Part shown: positions 1 through 6,951 of the stretch, piece by piece
Numbering within the stretch: the first letter of the stretch is position 1
Layout of the letters: the number at the start of each line of letters is the position of its first letter
Virus record (IMG/VR): IMGVR_UViG_3300029286_000020
Coordinates: 1 to 64,000 of that record
DNA length: 64,000 nucleotides
Strand: one strand, 5' to 3'
DNA from: a virus
Notes under the pieces: model-generated
The model's database searches: none
The model's input: the letters and a program-made list of their open reading frames with translations, nothing else
What the model was told of the DNA's origin: nothing
Translations under genes and position numbers: made by a program

Positions 1-279
1 GGACAGGGGGGGGGCTGGCGGGGGCGCAGTCTTCGGGGGGAAGACAGGGGCTGGCGGAGCGGAGGATGGCTTCTTCGACGTGGGCTTCCCTACCGGGACC
101 GTCCCGAGCGTCGCCTTCAGATCCTTGGTGACTCGGACCCAGCCCTTCTCGGTCTTTATCCAGTCCCCATCCTTGCGGGAGTTGACTGTTCCAAGAGGCT
201 GGATCGCGTCAAGAACAACGTCGGGGTATCTCGAAGAGACTCCAGCGAGAGCAAGCAGCTTTTCGAGATCGGTCGACAT
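1..279 (-). CDS. N-terminal part of a probable head-associated protein (runs off the window); not in the ORF track
   Basis: Hand translation from ATG at 279: MSTDLEKLLALAGVSSRYPDVVLDAIQPLGTVNSRKDGDWIKTEKGWVRV then Pro-rich; open to position 1; starts 4 nt after the stop of 283..573. Confidence 0.7.
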   Translation of the reverse strand, partial: MSTDLEKLLALAGVSSRYPDVVLDAIQPLGTVNSRKDGDWIKTEKGWVRVTKDLKATLGTVPVGKPTSKKPSSAPPAPVFPPKTAPPPAPPLS

Positions 280-282
280 CGT

Positions 283-573
283 TCACCCCTTCTTGGAAGG
301 CTTCTTGGCGGCAGCCAAGCCTGCAGCGTAAGCGTCTTGGAGGGCGGCTTCAATGCTCCACACAGCGACCTCCTTGAAGTCCATGCGGTCGGACTTGCGT
401 GTGGCAAGAGTCTCGACGTCGAAGTGCTTCTGAGCGATCTTCAGCAGTAGATCGGCAGGAGCCGACGCTTCGGTCTGCACCGCAGGTTCTTTCTTCAGCT
501 CTTCTTGGGTCCAACCGTCCCGATGGGACTCGATACCAGCGAGGCGGCGAAGGACGGTCATGCGGTCGGTCAT
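283..573 (-). CDS. small protein with DUF6900-like domain and N-terminal RRLAGI motif
   Basis: KIAQKHFDVETLATRKSDRMDFKEVAVWSIEAALQDAYAAG matches the DUF6900 pattern as recalled; GAGG SD upstream. Confidence 0.6.
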   Translation of the reverse strand: MTDRMTVLRRLAGIESHRDGWTQEELKKEPAVQTEASAPADLLLKIAQKHFDVETLATRKSDRMDFKEVAVWSIEAALQDAYAAGLAAAKKPSKKG

Positions 574-580
574 GGGAACC

Positions 581-844
581 TCAGTGGGACGGAAGGGTTG
601 TAACCCAGATACGAACTCTGTTCGGAATCTCTTTGGGCTTCAAGTCGTGGATCGGGAAGGCATCCTTGCCTGCGTATCCGGGCCTGTTCACATGAACGAT
701 AGCGTGCGTGACTGAGAAAACTACTCCGACGAGCGCTGGGTTGGTCCGGTCGACCACCTTGTCCCCGGGTCGGGGGACGTCGTCCGAGAGGATCACATGG
801 GCCGGGGGGACTGCCGATGTTCGACGTCGGCAGTTGCACCCCAT
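581..844 (-). CDS. hypothetical protein, possible SH3/KOW-like beta barrel
   Basis: Fills the gap between neighbours; PRPGDKVVD...VGVVFSV pattern. Confidence 0.45.
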   Translation of the reverse strand: MGCNCRRRTSAVPPAHVILSDDVPRPGDKVVDRTNPALVGVVFSVTHAIVHVNRPGYAGKDAFPIHDLKPKEIPNRVRIWVTTLPSH

Positions 845-845
845 G

Positions 846-1523
846 TCAGCCCTTCGTGGACTTCTGCAGGAAGGCCATCACGGCTTCCAGCTCCGTCGCC
901 GACTCGGCCATCATTTCGAGGATGCGGCTGGCGTTGTCGCAGGCAGCCTTGACCTTGCGGTCGAGCGTCTTGTCCTCAGCGAACTCAGCGAACTTCTCGC
1001 TGGCTTCATCCGCTCGCTGCGACAAGGACGTGGTGAAGGCGACGACCTCGCGGGACCACTGGAAGACTTTGGGTGAGACGGGGTCGAGAGCAGTCTCGCG
1101 GAGCTTGGTTCCTGTGTGCGAGATGCCAGCAAGGCGACGCATCTTGTCCATCGAGGACTCGTCGACGGTCGAGTGGCGACGGCGAAGCCCGTCTGGGGCG
1201 TCTTCGAGACCAGACTTTGCCTCCGGGCGAAGAAGCTTCTCGTAGAAGTCCGGGTGCCAATCCACCTTCGACTCATCCTTGCGAGCGGCCTTCAGGAGCT
1301 TCTCGTAGGAAGCGAGCTTCTTCTTGGCGTCTGGCTCCGCCTCGTGCTCCTTCTCCTTCGCCCTGCCTGCGGCGGTGAGCTTCATCGTTCCGGGTTCGAG
1401 GTAGCCGTTCTTCTGGAGCTGCGAGACGCAGATGGCGAACGCCCTCTCGGTGTCGCCGTCCTTTGCAGCAACAGCAGCGACACAGTGGCGAACGAGGTCG
1501 GGGGTTCCACGGTCCATCGGCAC
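846..1523 (-). CDS. hypothetical head-associated protein (N-terminal CV..AFAIC domain, internal MRRLAGI)
   Basis: GGAG SD; PDLVRHCVAAV...ERAFAICVSQ resembles ChaB-like phage head domains; helical C-terminus. Confidence 0.55.
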   Translation of the reverse strand: MPMDRGTPDLVRHCVAAVAAKDGDTERAFAICVSQLQKNGYLEPGTMKLTAAGRAKEKEHEAEPDAKKKLASYEKLLKAARKDESKVDWHPDFYEKLLRPEAKSGLEDAPDGLRRRHSTVDESSMDKMRRLAGISHTGTKLRETALDPVSPKVFQWSREVVAFTTSLSQRADEASEKFAEFAEDKTLDRKVKAACDNASRILEMMAESATELEAVMAFLQKSTKG

Positions 1524-1532
1524 GGCAGGCTC

Positions 1533-1808
1533 CTACTTGAGATGTTCGATCAGGTTGTCGAGCTGCTCGATGGCGTAGTCGAGGTCGCCCGGGTAGCCGA
1601 AGCTGAGAGGCTTCTTGGCTTGTTCCATCGCGTGTTTGGCGAGGAGAGCTTCGATCTCCCGCAGCCGCTTGTCGACGACGACCCGCTTCGCGGCGTAGGC
1701 ATCTGAGGCCGACATCTTGCCCTTTGGGGCAAGGCTCGGGGTAACGCTCTTTGCAATTGCGCTGCCGCTGGCTTCAAGCACCTTGTTCATACGGTCGGCG
1801 ACAGACAT
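1533..1808 (-). CDS. hypothetical protein (helical, G-x-x-GDL motif)
   Basis: GAGG SD; leader MSVADRMNKVLE-A; C-terminal FGYPGDLDYAIEQL. Confidence 0.6.
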   Translation of the reverse strand: MSVADRMNKVLEASGSAIAKSVTPSLAPKGKMSASDAYAAKRVVVDKRLREIEALLAKHAMEQAKKPLSFGYPGDLDYAIEQLDNLIEHLK

Positions 1809-1863
1809 CGGGAACCTCAGATGGGTAGCGTAGCGGGTTTTTGCAGGACTCGAAACGGAAACC

Positions 1864-1877
1864 GGACCATATGGCCC
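1864..1877 (+). repeat. dispersed 14-bp quasi-palindrome, copy 1 (GGACCATATGGCCC)
   Basis: Read directly; abuts the stop codon at 1878. Confidence 0.9.
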
Positions 1878-2063
1878 CTAGCGGTCATCCGACAGGTAGT
1901 CGGCCTTCGCACAGTCAACCGAGTCGACCGATTTTCTCAAGTCGAGGTAGATGACGGCGACCTTGGGAGGCGTCGAGTCAAACTCGTAGATGATGTCGAC
2001 GGGCGAAGTCGACGACACCTCAGGTTGGATGTACGAGGCCGAGAGGGTCGAGGAGGACTTCAT
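1878..2063 (-). CDS. small hypothetical protein (61 aa)
   Basis: ATG at 2063 overlaps the Nudix stop (ATGA), favouring this start over 2195. Confidence 0.45.
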   Translation of the reverse strand: MKSSSTLSASYIQPEVSSTSPVDIIYEFDSTPPKVAVIYLDLRKSVDSVDCAKADYLSDDR

Positions 2064-2764
2064 AGCCAACCCTTGTCGTTGCCCGATGCGAGGCGCTTCC
2101 GCTTGACCTTCTCGACAAGGTCCATCGCCTTCGTGAGGATCTTGATGTCGCGGCTGTTCCCGCCCTTGGCGAACTTGTGAATGGCTTCGGTCCACGTCGC
2201 GAGCAGAACCTTGTCGGTCTCCTCGTCGTGGCGCCCAAGGTCGCGGGTGGCCACCATGAGGTAGTAGTGCGTGTGCGACATCGAGCCTTCAGCGAGGCCG
2301 AGGTAGCCGCCCGGGATGATGCGCGCGACGATGCCGATCTCTTCTTCGACCTCGCGAAGCGCGGCTTGCTCCTGCGTTTCACCCTTGTCGATGCGGCCCT
2401 TGGCGAAGGCCCACGGTCCGAAGTTGCCAGATGGCTTTCGGATGTAGACGTGGTCGAGGTCGTCGACGCCTCCGAGGACAACGCCTCCTGCCGAGATCCA
2501 CTTCTCTGGCTTCTTGTACTCGGGCTTCTCAGGCTTCAGTCCAGAAGACCCGTCCGGTCCGACGCCCTTGGATGAGTCATCGCTCTTGGACGACTTGGAA
2601 CTGGACCAGCTCGACTTGGAGGACTTCTCTGCAGGGACGCCGAACCACGACTTCGCGGGCTTGTCGGACATCGGTTTGTCGCCGCCCGAAGCTTTGATGA
2701 CCTTGCCGTCGGGCCCGACCTTGAAGATCGCCTCCAGCTGTTCCAGATCTTCCTTGAAAGTCAT
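2060..2764 (-). CDS. Nudix hydrolase with low-complexity N-terminal extension
   Basis: Nudix box GRIDKGETQEQAALREVEEEIG; SAGGVV upstream; ATG at 2764 overlaps the previous stop (TGATG). Confidence 0.9.
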   Translation of the reverse strand: MTFKEDLEQLEAIFKVGPDGKVIKASGGDKPMSDKPAKSWFGVPAEKSSKSSWSSSKSSKSDDSSKGVGPDGSSGLKPEKPEYKKPEKWISAGGVVLGGVDDLDHVYIRKPSGNFGPWAFAKGRIDKGETQEQAALREVEEEIGIVARIIPGGYLGLAEGSMSHTHYYLMVATRDLGRHDEETDKVLLATWTEAIHKFAKGGNSRDIKILTKAMDLVEKVKRKRLASGNDKGWL

Positions 2765-3183
2765 CACCAAGCCTCGATTCTGAACGCCGCTCCTGCGCCG
2801 CGCACAGCAATACCAGCCTCGTAACGGTTCCGGTACGTGAATGACTCGCTCGCGAGGATCCGCCCATGCACGTTCGCTCCATCGAACGAGTATTCCAGAG
2901 CAGCTCCGCCGTCGTTGCAGATGCGGATGTTGCCCGACCAGAGCATCGGGTGAACGATTGGTGGGGCGGTGGTTCCGGTTCCAGTGGGGGTCAGCGGGTT
3001 CACCACAGGAGCGTTGCTCCCATAGGGGACGTTCGGTGCAGGGGTGAGGGGGTTTGCGCCCGCGCCGTCGAGGAACATGAAGGCGTTGGCGTCAAACGCA
3101 GCAGCTGCGACACCGCTGGTGAAGAAGCGGATCGAGCGGATGCCGCTGGGGACGCGAGGGGGCCAAGATGGGGGGAACGGCAT
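2764..3183 (-). CDS. beta-rich hypothetical protein, probably virion structural
   Basis: AGGAG SD; all-beta pattern IRICND...LEYSFDG...FRIEAW. Confidence 0.55.
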   Translation of the reverse strand: MPFPPSWPPRVPSGIRSIRFFTSGVAAAAFDANAFMFLDGAGANPLTPAPNVPYGSNAPVVNPLTPTGTGTTAPPIVHPMLWSGNIRICNDGGAALEYSFDGANVHGRILASESFTYRNRYEAGIAVRGAGAAFRIEAW

Positions 3184-3186
3184 GGG

Positions 3187-3390
3187 CTACTCCTGCGGAG
3201 ACTTCAAGACAACGCCGATGGCTTGGGCGAGAAGTTGAGCGACGTTCATACCACGTTCGGCAGCCTCTGCGTTCAGTGCAATGAAGGTGACCTCTGGAAT
3301 GGCGATGAACACCACGTTGCCGGTGGGATCCCCTCCAGTCAGAGGGTTCTCTTGAGGCTTCATGTAGCTGATGGCTCGGGGTGACGTCAT
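3187..3390 (-). CDS. small ribbon-helix-helix (CopG-like) DNA-binding protein
   Basis: VFIAIPEVTFIALNAEAAERGMNVAQLLAQAI follows the strand-helix-G-helix RHH pattern. Confidence 0.55.
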   Translation of the reverse strand: MTSPRAISYMKPQENPLTGGDPTGNVVFIAIPEVTFIALNAEAAERGMNVAQLLAQAIGVVLKSPQE

Positions 3391-3726
3391 TCAGCCCTCC
3401 TGCGCTTTGAGCATTTGGGCAGCTGTGAGCCGAGGAGGAGATCGGGAGGCCGGGCCCGGTTCAGTTTTCTTCTTGTGAGGAAGCACGGTGTACTTCCAGC
3501 GCGCGGCCAGACTGAGGATGTCGAAGTCCTCCGGGGTCAGCTCGCCACCGGGGATGCCGGTCTCCATGAACGCGGACCGGATGGCTGTGTCGGGGGATAC
3601 GTCAGGGTTCTTCTCAAAGAACGCTTCGGTCGCATCCCAGACCTGTCGCGCGGATTTCGTGCGCCACGGCCAGCTGGGGCCGGATGGCCCACCGAGGTCG
3701 CGCAGCATTTCAGGGAGGGTGCTCAT
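3391..3726 (-). CDS. hypothetical protein
   Basis: ATGA-coupled to 3723..4484. Confidence 0.55.
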   Translation of the reverse strand: MSTLPEMLRDLGGPSGPSWPWRTKSARQVWDATEAFFEKNPDVSPDTAIRSAFMETGIPGGELTPEDFDILSLAARWKYTVLPHKKKTEPGPASRSPPRLTAAQMLKAQEG

Positions 3727-4484
3727 CTTGCTGTTGGTGGCTTTCTGAAGAAGCTGTTGTAGCCGAAGAAGGAGGTGCCCGCGATGACCTTACCGCTCTC
3801 TGCAGCCGCCCTCATCGCGCTTGTGCGACCCGGGAACGACACGACCTGATTGAACTGCGGAATCTGCGAGAACGCGAGGCTCACGCTTGCCAGCCGAGGG
3901 TTGCCTGACGGGAAGAATTTCTCCCAAGTGATGTCGCAGGAGGTCATCACACAGAGGACAGAGTCTGCGTCCTGAGATGTGAAGTTGTTTTCGCCCCCGG
4001 CCAGACCGATACCGCTCTGGGGGAGGTTCAGCTTCAACTTTGCCGGAGGAATGGTTCGTTGCTTCACGGAGTCGTAGGTGGGCAGCATGTACTGCCGCAG
4101 CCACACAGCAGCGGAGCGGACGTCGATGTTGCGCTCTCCTTGACCAGAGCTTTTCAGGCGCTCCTTGGCTGCGTTCGCGGCAAAGGCCCCGACGTCAGTC
4201 ACCAGCAGCGCGAGGTCGATGTCAGATGAAAACTGAGCGGTGAACGAGATGGTCCGCTCACCGGATGCGACCCACTGGTAGACAGGGAGACTCCCGCCGG
4301 GAATCTCCTTGCTCTGCCAGTTGACCGCCTTGTTGTCGGAGATGCTCTCAGGGAAGTATTGGAACGCCTGCGCTGTGTCCGGCTCGTCGGTGTCCGGCTT
4401 CAACGAGATGAGCGTGGCCATGCTGCGCTTCTCAGAGAGCAGGCTGGGCCCGAGGGCCGTCGCAAGTCCGACCAGTCCAGCCAC
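3723..4484 (-). CDS. tail tube initiator / CIS-tube-like protein (Afp7/Pvc7 N-domain, T4 gp48/54-like)
   Basis: FQYFPESISDNKAVNWQSKEIPGGSLPVYQWVASGERTISF and C-terminal GNPRLASVSLAF motifs. Confidence 0.75.
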   Translation of the reverse strand: MAGLVGLATALGPSLLSEKRSMATLISLKPDTDEPDTAQAFQYFPESISDNKAVNWQSKEIPGGSLPVYQWVASGERTISFTAQFSSDIDLALLVTDVGAFAANAAKERLKSSGQGERNIDVRSAAVWLRQYMLPTYDSVKQRTIPPAKLKLNLPQSGIGLAGGENNFTSQDADSVLCVMTSCDITWEKFFPSGNPRLASVSLAFSQIPQFNQVVSFPGRTSAMRAAAESGKVIAGTSFFGYNSFFRKPPTAR

Positions 4485-4503
4485 GTCTCACCTCGTCTTT
4501 GGT

Positions 4504-5670
4504 TCAGCCGTCAGAGACGTCGGACCCGGTCGGGATGTAGTGCGGGTGCTGCACGGGAGCCTTCGCACCGTTGGGCAAGCGGTACTTCCCGCTCTTGCGG
4601 CCCTTCTCGTACTTCTTCGTGTACGCGGCCTTGCCCTTCCACATCTTGACGGTCTTCTTCTGGCCCTTCTTGATGCCCTGCGCGGGAACATCCTTCAACG
4701 CAGTGCAGACCTGCTCGGCCTCGGTGCCGGTACAAGTCCAGATGCCTTTGGCTGAACGCGTCTTCTTCGACGGGGAGTTCTGGCCGATCTTGGAGTAGTT
4801 GTAGAAGGGGCTGGTCTTCTTCTTGCCGGGTCCACCGCCGCCAGTGACGGGCTTCTTTCCGTCGCCCTTCTTCTTTTCCTTGCCGAGTGCTGCCTTGGCG
4901 CGCGCCTTGGCCTTCTCCGAAGCCTCGTAGAGGGGGTGCGGGGTGATCATCTCGCGGAGTTCGGCCACGAGTTTGCTGAACGACTTGTTCTCGTCCATGT
5001 CCTCCTCGTCCTCTTCTTCCTCCTCCTCCTCACCCTCGTTCTCGCCTTCTTCTTCCTCGTCCTCGTCGGCGTCAGTCTCTCCCTGACCTTGGTCGTCAGT
5101 CGCAGCCTTGGCGACCTTCTTCTCGGCGAGGCCGACCAGCGATCCGAGCGCCACCCAGCCCTTGTCGAGGGTCTTGATCTGGCAGTCATCGGTGAGCTGC
5201 TGGTCAGAGCGCAAGAAGGACTCGTGAACGCCGTCGCTCCACTCCAGAGTGACCCACGGCATCGAGACCTTCTTGATCTTCCCGGTCTTGCCGTCGATGC
5301 GGCGGATGTCGGCCCCGGCGAGTACGTTCACGTCAATCATCTCGGTCACTCCTTCGTTCCGCTCGAACTGGCCGAGCATTTTTTGAGCCCATGTGCGACC
5401 GGGGTCTCCGCCCCAAAGTCCCCACGCGATTCTTCCGGCACTCGGGTACCCCTCGTCACCGGAGTAGAAGCCTGCTCCTTGTTTGTCGACCTCATGGCGA
5501 GCGAAAAAACTCACCATGCGCTTCACGGTCGACGGACTCAGGGACTTCCGGTTTGCGAGGTCTCTGGCGCGAGCAACGCCGATGGATGTTCCGCCCCTCT
5601 TGAACTCACGACGCAATTCAAGCGCCTGAGCAGCTTCTTTTGCGACGGGAGCAGGGGGCGTGAGGTCCAT
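4504..5670 (-). CDS. head-morphogenesis-associated protein with acidic tract and Lys-rich C-terminus
   Basis: N-domain ARARDLAN...VKRMVSFFARH...IAWGLWGGDPG is a motif I recognise from phage head proteins; poly-D/E tract then K-rich tail. Confidence 0.6.
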   Translation of the reverse strand: MDLTPPAPVAKEAAQALELRREFKRGGTSIGVARARDLANRKSLSPSTVKRMVSFFARHEVDKQGAGFYSGDEGYPSAGRIAWGLWGGDPGRTWAQKMLGQFERNEGVTEMIDVNVLAGADIRRIDGKTGKIKKVSMPWVTLEWSDGVHESFLRSDQQLTDDCQIKTLDKGWVALGSLVGLAEKKVAKAATDDQGQGETDADEDEEEEGENEGEEEEEEEDEEDMDENKSFSKLVAELREMITPHPLYEASEKAKARAKAALGKEKKKGDGKKPVTGGGGPGKKKTSPFYNYSKIGQNSPSKKTRSAKGIWTCTGTEAEQVCTALKDVPAQGIKKGQKKTVKMWKGKAAYTKKYEKGRKSGKYRLPNGAKAPVQHPHYIPTGSDVSDG

Positions 5671-5682
5671 GACAAAGCCACT

Positions 5683-6105
5683 CTATGGGAGATATTTTGG
5701 TTCTACCACCCCAGCATCCCACGAAACAGAGTCAAAACGAAAAGCGCCGACCACTCGACCCTCGAAGCTTGGGTCGCGCGTCAGCACTCCTCGGATGTCC
5801 CCGCTCATGTCTGCGTTCCGCAGCAGGACGTTCGAGACGACGCCGGAGGGCTGGAGCACGAGGATGGCGTAGGCACTGGGAGCAGCAGCTTTGCGCAAGT
5901 TGGCCTTGGCCAACAAGGCGCCAGACGGGGCCAGCAGCGCACACAGCGCAGGCCACGTGAGCGAGAGAGGATCAGCGTCCTTCTGCGGTACCAGCCAACC
6001 ATCTCGAATTTTGCAGGGCGTGAGCAGAAAACTGGCCACGGTCCTCCTCAGAGACTGAAAATCCGGGTCGAACCATATGGTCCGCCCGGAGTTCCGTCGG
6101 GACAC
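5683..6105 (-). CDS. hypothetical protein (start uncertain)
   Basis: Only minus-strand ORF filling this gap. Confidence 0.4.
   Translation of the reverse strand: MSRRNSGRTIWFDPDFQSLRRTVASFLLTPCKIRDGWLVPQKDADPLSLTWPALCALLAPSGALLAKANLRKAAAPSAYAILVLQPSGVVSNVLLRNADMSGDIRGVLTRDPSFEGRVVGAFRFDSVSWDAGVVEPKYLP
6070..6083 (-). repeat. 14-bp quasi-palindrome, copy 2 (GGACCATATGGTTC on minus)
   Basis: Read directly. Confidence 0.9.
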
Positions 6106-6119
6106 CTACCCGTCAGCGC

Positions 6120-6446
6120 TCAGAGAGAGGCGCCGAGTTCGTCTTCGGCATCGGTGGTGTTGGCATCAGCAACGAAGGCGAGGCTGATGTCACCGGCCTG
6201 AACCATGCGCGCCCAGTCGTCGGCGGGGAGCATGGGCTGCTGCATCTGCACGCGGACGTTGAAGTCACGAGCGTGGACAGCGAGTTCGCGCGAGGCGCCG
6301 ACAGCGAGGGGGCCGTTCGCCTCGAAGGGGTGCGGGAGACCGTCGAGGATGTCGCCACCGACGGCGTCGGGGGACACACCGCCGCCACCGACGGCAGGAC
6401 GGTTCAGGATCTTGGTCGAGAGATTCGCGACAGTGAGCAAAGCCAT
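6120..6446 (-). CDS. small virion (decoration-like) protein; distant paralogue of 28157..28783
   Basis: GGAGG SD before ATG at 6446; MALLTVANLS vs MASLSITNIS and similar helix-strand segment. Confidence 0.6.
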   Translation of the reverse strand: MALLTVANLSTKILNRPAVGGGGVSPDAVGGDILDGLPHPFEANGPLAVGASRELAVHARDFNVRVQMQQPMLPADDWARMVQAGDISLAFVADANTTDAEDELGASL

Positions 6447-6534
6447 TGATGCCTCCAGTTGAACAGGTGCGGGCCCGGAAGCCCCTAGCCTAGATGGCGG
6501 GAGCATCGGGCGTCAAACAGGTTCCCGCAAGGGC

Positions 6535-6939
6535 TCAGTCCCCAGCGGTCGCTATGACGATGTCCACGTCCACCGCCGCCGGGTCCGTGTTGATGATCTG
6601 CAAGCTCGTCAGCGACTTCGCCGACATCAGGAACGTCGACTCGGCAGCGGATCCCACCGGAGCCACGTCCAGCGCGGTTCCGCCGTTCAGGGCGACCCCC
6701 ACAGACGTCAAGGTCAGGGTCGGGTCGGACGGGATGATGCGAAGCATCAGGAACACCGCCGCCGAGATGGAGTCCAAGGGGAGGGTGACCGTCGCCCCCG
6801 CCAGCACCCGAGTTTTCCAGACACCCCCTTCGTTGGGGTCGTCCGACGTGACCGAGAGGCACACGTTCCCCAAGTCTTTTGAGTCGGCAGGGCTCGACGA
6901 GATGGAGACGGTGACGTTGTAGCGGAGGCGGATGGACAT
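6535..6939 (-). CDS. beta-sandwich hypothetical protein, probably structural
   Basis: AGGAG SD; V/T/S-rich strands. Confidence 0.6.
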   Translation of the reverse strand: MSIRLRYNVTVSISSSPADSKDLGNVCLSVTSDDPNEGGVWKTRVLAGATVTLPLDSISAAVFLMLRIIPSDPTLTLTSVGVALNGGTALDVAPVGSAAESTFLMSAKSLTSLQIINTDPAAVDVDIVIATAGD

Positions 6940-6951
6940 GGGAGGCTCCTA

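Noticed and set aside
574-1820. Direct repeat GGGAACCTCAG upstream of two nearby genes
   Set aside because: Coincides with the SD region (CTGAGGTTCCC); best explained as a similar RBS
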